Shown here: positions 39,158-48,961 of the stretch, piece after piece
Position numbering within the stretch: the first letter of the stretch is position 1
Layout: every line of letters begins with the position of its first letter
Source of the DNA: Patescibacteria group bacterium
GTDB taxonomy: Bacteria; Patescibacteriota; Patescibacteriia; UBA2196
NCBI GenBank assembly: GCA_028748975.1
Contig: JAQTPI010000002.1
Coordinates: forward strand, 51,213-115,212
DNA length: 64,000 nt
Direction of reading: 5' to 3'
Translations under genes and position numbers: made by a program
The notes under the pieces: model-generated
Seen by the model: only the letters and a program-made list of their open reading frames with translations
What the model was told of the DNA's origin: nothing
Databases searched by the model: none

Positions 39158-41776
39158 ATGAGCGAACAAAAGCAATTCGTCTTCTCCTTTGAGGAAGGCA
39201 ACGCCAAAATGAAAGAAACTCTCGGCGGCAAGGGCGCCTATTTGGCCGAGATGACCCAATTTGGAATTCCGGTTCCGCCGGGCTTCACCATTTCAACCGA
39301 AGTGTGTGATTTGTATTACAAAAACAATCAAAAACATTCGGAAGAAATAATTAATCAAATTAACGCCAACCTTAAAAAGTTGGAAGAAAAAACCGGCAAA
39401 ACTTTAGGCGAGGCTATTGATCCTCTTTTGGTTTCCGTCCGCTCCGGCGCCGCGGTTTCCATGCCTGGCATGATGGACACGGTTTTAAACTTGGGCCTAA
39501 ACGACGAATCGGTGGCGGGTCTTGCAAAAAAAACTGGCAATGAACGCTTTGCCTGGGATTCCTATCGCCGTTTCATCCAGATGTTTGGCAGCGTGGTCAT
39601 GGGCTTGGAACATAATAAATTTGAAACCGAGCTTGATGCCATTAAACATAAAAATAATTTACTCGTGGACACTGATTTGGAAGCTCCGCATTTGAAAGAA
39701 TTGGTCGCCAATTACAAAACATTAATTCAAAAAGAAACCGGCAAGCTTTTTCCGAGTGATCCGCGCGAACAATTGCAAATGTCAATTGACGCTGTGTTTC
39801 GTTCCTGGAACAACGACCGCGCCATAACCTATCGCCGGCTAAATAACATCAAGGGACTCCTCGGCACTGCCGTCAATGTCCAGGCCATGGTTTTTGGCAA
39901 TTTGGGCGAAACCTCCGGCACCGGCGTTTGCTTTACCAGAAATCCGGCCACGGGCGAGAAAAAATTATATGGCGAATTCTTAATGAACGCGCAAGGCGAA
40001 GACGTGGTGGCGGGCATCCGCACCCCTCGGCCAATTGAAGAATTAAAGAGTATCATGCCCGACTGCTATAATCAGTTTGATAAAATTTATCATCAACTGG
40101 AAAATGATTATAAGGACATGCAGGATATGGAATTCACCATTCAAGAAGGAAAATTATACATTCTCCAAACCAGAAACGGCAAACGCACAGCCGCGGCTTC
40201 GGTTAAAATCGCGGTGGACATGGTTAAAGAAAATTTAATTGATGAAAAAACCGCCATCAAACGCGTTCTCGCCAATCAACTTGATCAATTGTTGCATAAA
40301 CAACTTGATCCGGTGGCCAAAAAAACAGCGGAAGTCTTAACCAAGGGTTTACCGGCGAGTCCCGGCGCCGCGGTGGGCCAGGCAGTATTTTCCGCCAAGA
40401 TGGCGCATGACTGGAACGCTGAAGGCAAAAAAGTTGTGCTAGTGCGCGCGGAAACTTCACCAGAAGACATTGAAGGCATGCACGCGGCCCAAGGAATTCT
40501 AACAGCGCGCGGCGGCATGACTTCTCACGCCGCAGTGGTGGCGCGCGGTATGGGCAAATGCTGCGTGGCCGGCGCCGGCGATGTCAAAATTAATGAACAT
40601 GAAAATTATTTTACTGTCGGCTCAATCAGAATCAATGAAGGCGATGTCATAACTTTGGACGGCTCCACTGGCGAAGTTTTTGCCAAGGCTTTGGGCGTGG
40701 TTGACCCCGAACTTTCCAACGACTTTAATGAACTCATGATTTGGGCCGATAAATACCGGAAACTGGGCGTGCGCACCAATGCCGACACTCCGCATGACGC
40801 TGAAGTGGCGCGCAAATTTGGCGCCGAAGGCATCGGCCTTTGCCGCACCGAACATATGTTTTTTAATGGCGACCGCATCAAAGCCGTGCGCGAAATGATT
40901 TTGGCGGACGATGTTGACGGCCGCAAACGCGCGCTTAAAAAACTCCTGCCATATCAAAAAGATGATTTTATTGGTTTATTTAAAGCCATGGACGGCTACA
41001 GCGTTACCATTAGATTATTAGATCCGCCGCTTCACGAATTTTTGCCGCAAACCGAAGAGGAAATTTTGGAATTGGCAGGCGAAATGAATGTCACGGTGGA
41101 ACACATCAAAAACAGAATTGAAGATTTAAGAGAATTCAATCCGATGCTAGGCCACCGCGGCTGCAGTGTGGTTGTGACTTATCCCGAAATTGCTGAAATG
41201 CAAACCGAGGCCATAATTTCCGCTGCCTGCGAACTCGCTAAAACCGGACAAAAAATCGTGCCGGAAATTATGATTCCATTGGTTGGTTTGAAACAGGAAT
41301 TGGATTTCAATGCCGAGATTGTCAGGCGCGTGGCGGAAGAAACCATGGAAAAATTCGGCGTGGAATTGGATTATAAAATTGGCACCATGATCGAAGTGCC
41401 TCGCGGCGCCTTGATTGCCGATAAACTGGCCGAAACCGCGGAATTTTTCTCTTTTGGCACCAATGATTTAACACAGATGGGTTTTGGATTTTCGCGCGAT
41501 GACGCTGGTAAATTTATTAAAGAATATCTGGCCAAAGGTTTATTTGAACATGATCCTTTTCAAACTTTGGACACTGAAGGTATTGGACAATTGATTAAAA
41601 TGGCAACAGAGTTGGGAAGAGCGACTCGCCCTGAAATCAAACTTGGCATTTGCGGCGAACACGGCGGCGACCCGGAATCCATCAAATTCTGCCACGCTGT
41701 TGGTTTGAATTATGTCAGTTGTTCTCCCTTCCGTGTGCCCATCGCCCGCCTCGTCGCCGCGCAGGCAGCTTTGTAA
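39158..41776 (+). CDS. ppdK: Pyruvate, phosphate dikinase
   Basis: LGGKGA, SMPGMMDT, GGMTSHAAVVAR, GIGLCRTEHMF, SFGTNDLTQ, GICGEHGGDP. Confidence 0.97.
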   Translation: MSEQKQFVFSFEEGNAKMKETLGGKGAYLAEMTQFGIPVPPGFTISTEVCDLYYKNNQKHSEEIINQINANLKKLEEKTGKTLGEAIDPLLVSVRSGAAVSMPGMMDTVLNLGLNDESVAGLAKKTGNERFAWDSYRRFIQMFGSVVMGLEHNKFETELDAIKHKNNLLVDTDLEAPHLKELVANYKTLIQKETGKLFPSDPREQLQMSIDAVFRSWNNDRAITYRRLNNIKGLLGTAVNVQAMVFGNLGETSGTGVCFTRNPATGEKKLYGEFLMNAQGEDVVAGIRTPRPIEELKSIMPDCYNQFDKIYHQLENDYKDMQDMEFTIQEGKLYILQTRNGKRTAAASVKIAVDMVKENLIDEKTAIKRVLANQLDQLLHKQLDPVAKKTAEVLTKGLPASPGAAVGQAVFSAKMAHDWNAEGKKVVLVRAETSPEDIEGMHAAQGILTARGGMTSHAAVVARGMGKCCVAGAGDVKINEHENYFTVGSIRINEGDVITLDGSTGEVFAKALGVVDPELSNDFNELMIWADKYRKLGVRTNADTPHDAEVARKFGAEGIGLCRTEHMFFNGDRIKAVREMILADDVDGRKRALKKLLPYQKDDFIGLFKAMDGYSVTIRLLDPPLHEFLPQTEEEILELAGEMNVTVEHIKNRIEDLREFNPMLGHRGCSVVVTYPEIAEMQTEAIISAACELAKTGQKIVPEIMIPLVGLKQELDFNAEIVRRVAEETMEKFGVELDYKIGTMIEVPRGALIADKLAETAEFFSFGTNDLTQMGFGFSRDDAGKFIKEYLAKGLFEHDPFQTLDTEGIGQLIKMATELGRATRPEIKLGICGEHGGDPESIKFCHAVGLNYVSCSPFRVPIARLVAAQAAL

Positions 41777-42019
41777 GCCAGAGTAATGTCATCCCGAGGA
41801 GTAGCAACGACGAGGGATCTCGCGGTTATCCTCCCCTTTCGAAGGGGAGGTGGTCCGATGTCGCATCGGACCAGAGGGGTTGTAATGTAGCGACGACAAC
41901 CACCCCGGCCGATTGCTATCGGCCACCCCTCCTTCGAAAGGAGGGGATAGCGACCGCCTAGTTAAAAAATAAATAAAAAAAATCGGCCAACCAGATTTGC
42001 TGGCCAGCCGAAAGATGAA

Positions 42020-42382
42020 TTAAAACCCAAGAAATTGCAGTGCTAATTTCACCGCCTTGTATTTGTCCGCTTTGTGCGTCGCGCCGGCAGTGATTAATTC
42101 ATCGTTGTTTAAGGAAGAACCGGAAGCAGCGATGATTGGCTTTTTAAATCCGGATTTGACAATTTTTTCGATGAGCGGCATGGAATCTGGTTCGTCGCCT
42201 TCCACACAAGCGTCCATGATAATCACTTCAACGTCAGGATTGGCAAAAAAGAGATTTTCTCCTTCTTTCAACGTCTTGGCATGAAGAATTTCAATTTCAC
42301 TGTTCTTGTCGTGAAATTTGAATACTCGCTCCATTGGCGAAAAATCACTGTCCCTGTCTTCCACCACCAATACCTTTTTCAC
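42020..42382 (-). CDS. Single-domain response regulator (receiver), paralog 2
   Basis: VLVVED, IIMD, IIAASG, GA...K; GTG start; flanks shared with paralog 1. Confidence 0.75.
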   Translation of the reverse strand: MKKVLVVEDRDSDFSPMERVFKFHDKNSEIEILHAKTLKEGENLFFANPDVEVIIMDACVEGDEPDSMPLIEKIVKSGFKKPIIAASGSSLNNDELITAGATHKADKYKAVKLALQFLGF

Positions 42383-42730
42383 TTAATTTTCCTCCTTGGT
42401 TTTTATGGGTTAATAAATTATTTGATTAATAAATAAGTATAGCATAACTAAAATTTTCTGTCAATTAGTTTGTCATCCCGGGCCGTGACCCGGCCTGCCT
42501 GCCCGCTTCGCAACGAGGCGAGCCGGCGAGGCAGGGATCCAATAGTTTGTCATTCCGACCGACCTCTATGGCCGCTTTGAGTGGAGGAATTCCTCCGTCG
42601 TCGTAAAACCACGAAGGGATCCTTCGACTTCGGCCTCTCCGCCAGCTGGCGGAGAGGCCTCCGCTCAGGATGACAAAAAATAATAAAAAAAATCGGCTGG
42701 CCAGATTGGCTGGCCAGCCGAAAGGATTCT

Positions 42731-42961
42731 TTAAAGATTGATCGACACCTCTTGTTTTTCGGGGTTGTATGTGGTGTATCGCAGAACATCTCTTTTGAGT
42801 TCGGCTGACAATACTCCGTTTTCAAGTAAGCCCCGTTCTTCTAGTAGTCGTCTCATTTTTTCTGATATGACATAAGTGTCATCATTGCTTTTTCTTACCA
42901 AGACATGCAGAATTGCTGGTGTTTCATACACCATTCCAGCGAAATCTTTTTTCGTTAACAT
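42731..42961 (-). CDS. Hypothetical protein (orphan)
   Basis: GAGGGGG Shine-Dalgarno before ATG at 42961; same terminator family as the receiver genes. Confidence 0.5.
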   Translation of the reverse strand: MLTKKDFAGMVYETPAILHVLVRKSNDDTYVISEKMRRLLEERGLLENGVLSAELKRDVLRYTTYNPEKQEVSINL

Positions 42962-43130
42962 GTTACCCCCCTCTTTTTGTCGTTTGCCCGTTCTTGGGCG
43001 GTTGTAAAAATGAACTATTTTATATAAAATAACCCTATCATATCTAAAATTTTTTGTCAAACCATTCGCTATCCAGTCTGTCATTTTTCACTTTTCATTA
43101 TTCATTTTTCATTATTTATAATACAAACCT

Positions 43131-44003
43131 ATGCCAACTCAAACAAAGCAAACAACCCCAGTCGAAGCCTATAACACCCAAGCCAAACCGACGTGGTGCC
43201 CCGGCTGCGGCGATTTTGGAATTTGGATGGGAATCAAAAGCGCCCTGAGCGAATTAAACCTGCCACCGCACATGGTCGCAATCGTCTATGGCATCGGCTG
43301 CGCCGGCAACATGGCCTCCACCCTGAAATGCTACGGCTTTCATTCTCTTCACGGCCGAACCCTGCCCGTCGCCACCGGCATCAAACTCGCCAATCCCAAG
43401 CTCGCGGTTTTGACCGTGGCCGGCGACGGCGATTTCTATGGCGAAGGCGGCAATCATTTTCTCCACGCCGCGCGCTATAATTCTGACATCAATGCCATTG
43501 TTTGTGACAACCGCCTGTTTTCTCTGACCACGGGCCAGGCCTCGCCAACTTCCGCGGTCGGCATGATTTCCAAAACCACTCCTTTTGGCGAAATCAAAGA
43601 ACCCCTAAATCCCGTGGCTTTAGCAATTATTGCCGGCGCGACTTTTGTGGCGCGCGTGCCGGCTTTTGATCCGGCGCTCCTTAAAGAGACGATCAAACAA
43701 GCCATCAATCACAAAGGTTTTGCTTTGATTAATGTTTTGCAGCAATGCGTCACTTTCAACAAAACCAACACTGTGGAATGGTATAAAGAAAGAATTTATA
43801 ATCTGAATGATGCCAAGCATGATATTAATAATAAAGAGCAAGCACTCGCCAAAGCTTTGGAAACCGAAAAAATTCCAGTCGGAGTTTTCTATAAAGTTGA
43901 AAGGCCAAGTTATGAAGAAAAGTTAGACCTGTCTCCCGCCGCCTCCGCCAAAGACGAAAAAATAGTTTTCCCTTGGGCAGAGTTAAAGAAAGAATTTATT
44001 TAG
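43131..44003 (+). CDS. 2-oxoacid:ferredoxin oxidoreductase beta subunit
   Basis: WCPGCG, GIGC, HGR.LP.ATG, GDGD TPP motif, LTTGQASPT. Confidence 0.93.
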   Translation: MPTQTKQTTPVEAYNTQAKPTWCPGCGDFGIWMGIKSALSELNLPPHMVAIVYGIGCAGNMASTLKCYGFHSLHGRTLPVATGIKLANPKLAVLTVAGDGDFYGEGGNHFLHAARYNSDINAIVCDNRLFSLTTGQASPTSAVGMISKTTPFGEIKEPLNPVALAIIAGATFVARVPAFDPALLKETIKQAINHKGFALINVLQQCVTFNKTNTVEWYKERIYNLNDAKHDINNKEQALAKALETEKIPVGVFYKVERPSYEEKLDLSPAASAKDEKIVFPWAELKKEFI

Positions 44004-44311
44004 TTAGTCATCCCCTCCTTTTCAAGGAGGGGCAAGGGGTGGTTATTTATTTCGCCGTTAGGCGCGTCGTTTCCCCCCTCTCCTTAACAAGGAGAGGTCG
44101 GGGTGAGGTAGATCGCCAATAGGCGCATCTAATTATGTCATCCCCGCCTTAGGCGGAAATTTGGAAAAACTCGCCCAACCAGCGGGTTTTGTTTTTAGAA
44201 GTATGATTTTTTATGGAACCATTCGCGCGAATGGGTAAATGGATTTTTTTCTAAAATAAAAAAAATCCCCGTCCCAAGTTTTTCCAGGGGCGGGGAAGAT
44301 CATTTTTGTGA

Positions 44312-44713
44312 CTATTTGTGGATGCAAACCATCCGAGTATTGGCAGAAAAATTATAATGAAGAAAGGAGAAGATTAAATTCCATCTCCAGTCATTAGTGC
44401 AAATCCATTTTAAAGTCGGGATGAGCAGATTTCCGTTCGGAGCGCGCCACACCGTGCCAGGAAAGATCAGTTCAAAATCTTGCCATTCTTGGGGAATTTC
44501 TTCCCTTCGTTTTTGTCCAATGCTAAAAAGTTGATTAATGAGTTGGTTAAGAAGCAGGCGTTCGGCATGAAGCTGGCCCGCGGAGTTCATTTTCTTGGCG
44601 TATTTCAGCAAGGTTGGTCCAAAAATATTGCCATTGCCAATCATTCCATCACAGCGGGAAAGATCATCCAACTCAAGAGAAATTTCGCCTTTTTCCAAAG
44701 CGACATTTTCCAA
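44312..44713 (-). CDS. Hypothetical protein (start uncertain)
   Basis: 133-aa ORF whose reading frame stays open upstream of the TTG. Confidence 0.5.
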   Translation of the reverse strand: MENVALEKGEISLELDDLSRCDGMIGNGNIFGPTLLKYAKKMNSAGQLHAERLLLNQLINQLFSIGQKRREEIPQEWQDFELIFPGTVWRAPNGNLLIPTLKWICTNDWRWNLIFSFLHYNFSANTRMVCIHK

Positions 44714-44772
44714 GAGTTCATAGCCTTCTTTGCCTTCTTGGCGCCGGTCATAGATGAAGTCGGTTTGGGGCT

Positions 44773-45183
44773 TTAGAACCAGGAGGGATAATTCTTGGGG
44801 GTGTTTGTGATTTTCTCTTCCTTTTTATTTTCCTCAACGTCAATCAGATGAAGTTCGGTGCCAGGAATGATAATGGTCGCCATCCGGCTTTCAAGCGCAT
44901 GGGTTTCACAACGGGAGACAGATAGGGCGATTGAACAAGAATCAGAATCGCTGGCGAAAGGTTTATCGAAACCTGTAATTTTTACTTTTTCTCCATGGAG
45001 TCCACTGTCTTTATTGATGATTAAAAACCGTTTATCCTTTACCCCTTCCACCGCGTTTTTTATCAGTATTTCTCTGTCACTGCGGAATTTGTTTTCAAGG
45101 TTATTCATTTCTTCCCGAAAAGCTCTTTTTAGCGCATAAAGTTGTTGGTTCAGCTCTTCTGACCAACAAAGTGTTTTTGCCAT
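44773..45183 (-). CDS. Hypothetical protein
   Basis: AGGAGG Shine-Dalgarno; promoter at about 45295-45326. Confidence 0.55.
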   Translation of the reverse strand: MAKTLCWSEELNQQLYALKRAFREEMNNLENKFRSDREILIKNAVEGVKDKRFLIINKDSGLHGEKVKITGFDKPFASDSDSCSIALSVSRCETHALESRMATIIIPGTELHLIDVEENKKEEKITNTPKNYPSWF

Positions 45184-45197
45184 GTTTGCCTCCTTGC

Positions 45198-45270
45198 CCC
45201 GAGCTTGTTTGGGGTGGTTTACCCCGAGCTTGTTCGAGGTGGTTTACCCCGAGCTTGTCGAGGGGTTTAA
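45198..45270. repeat. Three tandem ~25-bp units CCCCGAGCTTGT...GG(TGG)TTTA
   Basis: Direct tandem repeat with no unique spacers. Confidence 0.75.
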
Positions 45271-45442
45271 TTGTGAGCGAACTGGGTATTGTTTTATCTT
45301 ATACCCAATCCCGAGGGTTTGTCAAATGGTTTTTCTTTTTGGCTTTCATGGACTTATTCGCGCGAATGGGTAAATGGATTTTTTTCTAAAATAAAAAAAT
45401 CCCCGCGAATTTTTGTTCGCGGGGTGTTTGTTTCAGATGTGT

Positions 45443-45874
45443 TTAGTTGGCAGGCACTTTGACCGGCACCGCTTTCCAGGGACTGATGCGATAGTATGCC
45501 TTCATGGTGAAATATTTTACCAGGCGTTCATGTTTGTGCAAAAACCAGTGGGCGCCTTTTTCTTCCAGGTGGTAGCCTTCGGTTTCGGGGCATATCGGCG
45601 TTTTCAGAAGCGCCAGCCCGGCTGTTTTTTCTGGATTCGGGTCATTTTGGCCCTGTATTTTTGTACCGACCCATTTGGAAAGGTTTTCCCACTGTTCCAA
45701 AACAGTGTACGTTTCATAGCCAGGCAGGGCGATGTGTTTGGCCACACAAAGCGTTTTTTGACCGTTTATCACTTGGTAGCCGTGCCGTTGGTAGGTGTTG
45801 AGGGCGATATAGACACCGATTGAGAGCAGGAACAGATAACCCAGAATAAACAACACTGTTGGTTTTGTCAGCAT
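45443..45874 (-). CDS. Hypothetical membrane-anchored protein
   Basis: AGGAGG Shine-Dalgarno; N-terminal TM; own promoter TTGACA...TACAAT. Confidence 0.55.
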   Translation of the reverse strand: MLTKPTVLFILGYLFLLSIGVYIALNTYQRHGYQVINGQKTLCVAKHIALPGYETYTVLEQWENLSKWVGTKIQGQNDPNPEKTAGLALLKTPICPETEGYHLEEKGAHWFLHKHERLVKYFTMKAYYRISPWKAVPVKVPAN

Positions 45875-46237
45875 TTTTGCCTCCTTTGGCTTTTTGTTGT
45901 TGGTTTGGGTTGATGGAATGTACTAAAGGCATTGTAGCATGTTTAAAAAATCCTGTCAAGTGGTTTTTGTGTCATCTCGGTTTTAGGTCGACTTGCCGAT
46001 AGGCAAGAACCATAAGTTTATCCGCCGGAGTATCAAAAGACTTTTAGAGAACGCAGGCGGAGAAACTTAATTTTGACTTTCAGGGCTAAAAGTGGGAGAA
46101 TTAAAGTATAAAAACAAGAGGGCGCTCGCTCCGCTCGTCGCGTTTCGTCCCCTCTCCTTAACAAGGAGAGGAAGGGTGAGGTAGATCGCCGATAGGCGAC
46201 ATCTAATTTCGTTCGCGCCCACCTAATTCTTACTTCC

Positions 46238-46257
46238 GTACGTAAAGTATTACGTAC
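46238..46257. promoter_or_regulatory. Palindromic operator candidate GTACGTAA-N4-TTACGTAC
   Basis: Perfect 8-bp inverted repeat 11 nt upstream of the AbrB-like gene. Confidence 0.55.
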
Positions 46258-46268
46258 TCAAAAAATAT

Positions 46269-46445
46269 ATGTCAACGCAAAAATTAATTAATAAAAACAT
46301 CCGCAAACTGACCAAAGTCGGCCAGCACAGTTTTGCTGTTACCCTGCCGATGGAAATGGTTAAAAAATTGAATTGGCGCGAAAAACAAAAAGTAGTGGTT
46401 ACTTTAAAAAGCAAAACTATAACTATTAAAGATTGGAAGAAATAA
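46269..46445 (+). CDS. AbrB/MazE/SpoVT-like DNA-binding protein (58 aa)
   Basis: IRKLTKVGQHSFAVTLP...LNW..KQKVVV; translated by hand, below the ORF-track cutoff. Confidence 0.75.
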   Translation: MSTQKLINKNIRKLTKVGQHSFAVTLPMEMVKKLNWREKQKVVVTLKSKTITIKDWKK

Positions 46446-46523
46446 ATTAAAAAAATTTGTGTAAAAAATAGCCGTCATTCCGAGCGCAATAATGGAATCA
46501 TTTATAGTGTTTTAATTTTAAAT

Positions 46524-47978
46524 ATGGATAAACAAAAACAAAAAAACTTAGGTGCTTTTTATACTCCCGTCAGCGCCGTAGAGTATATGGTTAGTAAACT
46601 GACTGGTTTTTGTGATAAAAGTAAATTATTAGAACCAAGCGGTGGTGATGGAGCTTTTGTTTCTGTAATTTTAAAGAGGGGATTACTAAAATCGGAACAA
46701 ATTACGGTTTGGGATATCAATCCGGAGGTTAAAAATTATATTGAAAATTTGGGCATAAAAAATATAGTAATAAAAGACACGCTTTTATCAACCAATTTTG
46801 CCAGTAATTCTCTCTTTAGAGGAGAATTATTTTCTCATATTATTGGCAACCCTCCGTATTTAAACAAACAAAGTGCTTATATAAAAAAGAATAAACACAG
46901 ATTAGGAGATCTTTTTAAAGAAATCGGTGCTAATGATACCTATGCCATGTTTTTATATTTAGGTTGTAAATTACTAGAAGAAAATGGCGAACTCTGTTTT
47001 ATTATCAGCGACACCTATTTGACTTTAGGAATTCATAAAAAGTTAAGAAAATTTTTATTAAAAAATTATACCATTAATGAAATCACGCTTTGTTCCAAAA
47101 AATTATTTAGAGATAGTGGTGCTTTGGTTAATACAAGTATAATTTATTTAACCAACAAAAAATCATCCGATAGCCACAAAATAATTTTTAATGATTGTCG
47201 AGAAAACGAAGCCGATAACTATATTGGTAAAAAATTTAAAACTATACAAAAAAATATTTTATCATACCCCGATTATGTTTTTGATTTTAATGGTGGGGCA
47301 AAATTACTTGGTAAAATAAACGAACTTAAAAAAATGGTAAGTCTTTTAGATGGTGGTCTAGGAATGCACACGACAGATAATAATGAATTTTTAGCCATTG
47401 TTGATTATGGTGGAAAAAAATATGCTAGCAATAATGGTATAAACAAGATTGTTTCTGCAACAGATATTGATGGGAAAAAATGGAAATTTTATCATAAAAA
47501 GGGTGGTAATAATAAATATTATCTACCGACCGAATATGCCATTCGTTGGGACAAAGAAGCGGTTTCTCACTACAAAATGCCTAAAAATTACGACATTGAT
47601 ATTAAAAGAATAGGATTTGTTGTTTCCGGCATTTGTTCAAACCTAACAGCCAGACTATCAACGCCCGGTGCTCTTTGGGAAAGCAATAAGGCTATGTGTT
47701 TTTTCCCAAAAGACCCTCAAAAATATCCGCCAGAACTTTTTGTCGGCGTTTTAAATAGTGATATTTATAACAAAATGATAAAGTTATTAAATCATACCAA
47801 TTCTTTACAAATTAGAGATATTAAAAAGTTACCCTGGCCTGATTTTACCAATGAAGATGTAAACAAAATAATAACAATCTCTAAAAATATAATTGCCAAA
47901 ATTAAAGAAAACATGGATTATAGTTTCAACGGAGAACAGGAAAAAATTAATCAAATTGTTAATAATTATTTTTTATAG
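46524..47978 (+). CDS. N6-adenine DNA methyltransferase (gamma group, type II R-M)
   Basis: GAFYTP, motif I LEPSGGDGAF, motif IV GNPPY. Confidence 0.88.
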   Translation: MDKQKQKNLGAFYTPVSAVEYMVSKLTGFCDKSKLLEPSGGDGAFVSVILKRGLLKSEQITVWDINPEVKNYIENLGIKNIVIKDTLLSTNFASNSLFRGELFSHIIGNPPYLNKQSAYIKKNKHRLGDLFKEIGANDTYAMFLYLGCKLLEENGELCFIISDTYLTLGIHKKLRKFLLKNYTINEITLCSKKLFRDSGALVNTSIIYLTNKKSSDSHKIIFNDCRENEADNYIGKKFKTIQKNILSYPDYVFDFNGGAKLLGKINELKKMVSLLDGGLGMHTTDNNEFLAIVDYGGKKYASNNGINKIVSATDIDGKKWKFYHKKGGNNKYYLPTEYAIRWDKEAVSHYKMPKNYDIDIKRIGFVVSGICSNLTARLSTPGALWESNKAMCFFPKDPQKYPPELFVGVLNSDIYNKMIKLLNHTNSLQIRDIKKLPWPDFTNEDVNKIITISKNIIAKIKENMDYSFNGEQEKINQIVNNYFL

Positions 47979-47982
47979 AATT

Positions 47983-48864
47983 ATGAAAAACAGAAAAGTA
48001 AAATCAAATAGAGCCCAAGCCGATTATTTTGAGTTATTAGTTTGTCAATATATTTGCCACTTGTATAATGTCACATTTTCTTACAGTCAAGATTTGGCCA
48101 AGCTATCAAACAAGATCCTTGTTTTACCGGATGGCAAAGCGAGATTAAAACTACAAAATGATAATTTTATAAAAATACAGCCCAAAATCAAAGAGATTTT
48201 AGATTTTGAAATAGGTCAAAAAGGAAAAGTAATAAGCGTGGTTTGGGTTGGTAGAAATCTTTTAATTGAAACGACCTCCGATGTTGACGCCGAACACATT
48301 AATAAGCAAAAAACAAGGTTTTCCATTAAATCAATAGCCAGCACCGGCACTGGTACATTGAAAAATTTGGGTGCAAGACAAATCAAAAAATTTTTAGGAA
48401 TTGATTTTTCACGACAATATAACGAAATGTGGCGAAAACTAAGAGATCATTTAAAGGATTTTGATTTATCACAATCAAGACTGAAAAAGAAAGTGCAAAA
48501 AAATAAAAAATTATTGAAGTGGGCGACAGAAAACGGAAAAAAATATCAAACGAAATTAAATGAATTATGTCTTAATTCTTTTAATAAACTTTCTTTAAAG
48601 GAAAAGATTAATTTTCTTAATTATATTACTGACTGCAATGACGAGGATTTATATGTTATTATTGTAAATTCTGTCGACGTTATAATTTATAAACCGGTAG
48701 ATAAAAAATTAAAAATTATAAAGAATATAAAGGCCAAAAAAAATAATATGGCAGGTGCTGGTTACACAATTTATATTGACGATAAACCAACTTATCGCGT
48801 CCAAACCAACAACACAAATGGAATCGGCATCAGCGCTTATTGTCAAAGAATTTTCTGGATTTAA
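47983..48864 (+). CDS. Putative type II restriction endonuclease
   Basis: Starts 4 nt after the MTase; SD...SIK PD-(D/E)XK-like motif; AT-rich. Confidence 0.55.
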   Translation: MKNRKVKSNRAQADYFELLVCQYICHLYNVTFSYSQDLAKLSNKILVLPDGKARLKLQNDNFIKIQPKIKEILDFEIGQKGKVISVVWVGRNLLIETTSDVDAEHINKQKTRFSIKSIASTGTGTLKNLGARQIKKFLGIDFSRQYNEMWRKLRDHLKDFDLSQSRLKKKVQKNKKLLKWATENGKKYQTKLNELCLNSFNKLSLKEKINFLNYITDCNDEDLYVIIVNSVDVIIYKPVDKKLKIIKNIKAKKNNMAGAGYTIYIDDKPTYRVQTNNTNGIGISAYCQRIFWI

Positions 48865-48956
48865 TTGAAAAGACGAATAAAGAAATTGACGAAAAAGTCT
48901 ATGGCTTTTACGGCCTGACGGAGGAGGAAATAAAAATTATAGAAATTAATAAATAG
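48864..48956 (+). pseudogene. C-terminal remnant of a type IIG (Eco57I-like) R-M enzyme
   Basis: IEKTNKEIDEKVYGFYGLTEEEIKIIE matches the IDxxVYxLYGLTxEEI terminal motif; no start codon. Confidence 0.7.
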
Positions 48957-48961
48957 ATAAT

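Noticed and set aside
45198-45270. CRISPR array
   Set aside because: Three adjacent ~25-bp units with no unique spacers and no cas genes; it is a tandem REP-like repeat
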